Part shown: positions 63,757 to 64,000 of the stretch, one piece after another
Layout: each line of letters starts with the position of its first letter
Numbering within the stretch: the first letter of the stretch is position 1
Assembly (NCBI GenBank): GCA_013239625.1
Contig: MU054323.1
Location: forward strand, 6,003,220 to 6,067,219
Source: Lama guanicoe
Lineage: Eukaryota
Length of the DNA stretch: 64,000 bases
Reading direction: 5' to 3'
Program-made: the position numbers and the translations under genes
The notes under the pieces: generated by a model
What the model saw: the letters and a program-made list of their open reading frames with translations, nothing else
What the model was told of the DNA's origin: nothing
Databases searched by the model: none

Positions 63757-63882
63757 TTCTTTTTTCTTTTTTTGGGAGTGGGGCGGGATTAGGTTGTTTT
63801 TTTTTTAATGGAGGTACTGGGGATTGAATCTAGGACCCCGAGCATGCTAAGCATGGCACTCAATCACTGTGTACCCTACCCA
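63757..63882 (-). mobile_element. Vic-1-like SINE (antisense, more diverged) with perfect 14-bp TSD
   Basis: T-rich tail then TAATGGAGGTACTGGGGATTGAATC...GCATGCTAAGCA. GCTCTTGATTCCTT occurs at 63743-63756 and 63883-63896. Confidence 0.88.
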
Positions 63883-64000
63883 GCTCTTGATTCCTTATTG
63901 CTGTTATAAACCGAAGAAGGGTGCCCTGGGACTCTGCCCCTGGCTACCTGGGTCTGCGAGCCCAGCACAGCTCTGAGACCTTGACCTGCAATTCAGACCA

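Overview
Mammalian nuclear DNA, most likely camelid (camel/alpaca/llama), judged from tRNA-Ala-derived Vic-1-type SINEs. The only supportable coding sequence is the first coding exon of KLHL29 (+ strand, exon ~2610-2939, CDS 2655-2939, [12 protein letters not shown]...ITTK). It was recognised from memory of the human protein, not by a database search. The rest appears to be KLHL29 intron (>61 kb downstream, no next exon recognised) carrying ordinary eutherian repeats: L2, MIR, L1, MLT1/MLT2/LTR33 LTRs and a Tigger fragment. Repeat family names and most repeat boundaries are approximate calls by eye. The most notable structure is a ~3.96 kb, ~99.9% identical direct duplication (25024-28987 and 29340-33307, constant offset 4316). 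The copies are separated by a 352-bp unique spacer and both end in a poly-G/G-quadruplex tract. This is either a very recent complex duplication or an assembly artefact. I found no supportable evidence of a novel biological system. Apart from the KLHL29 exon and an L1 ORF2 remnant, the ORF-track entries look spurious.
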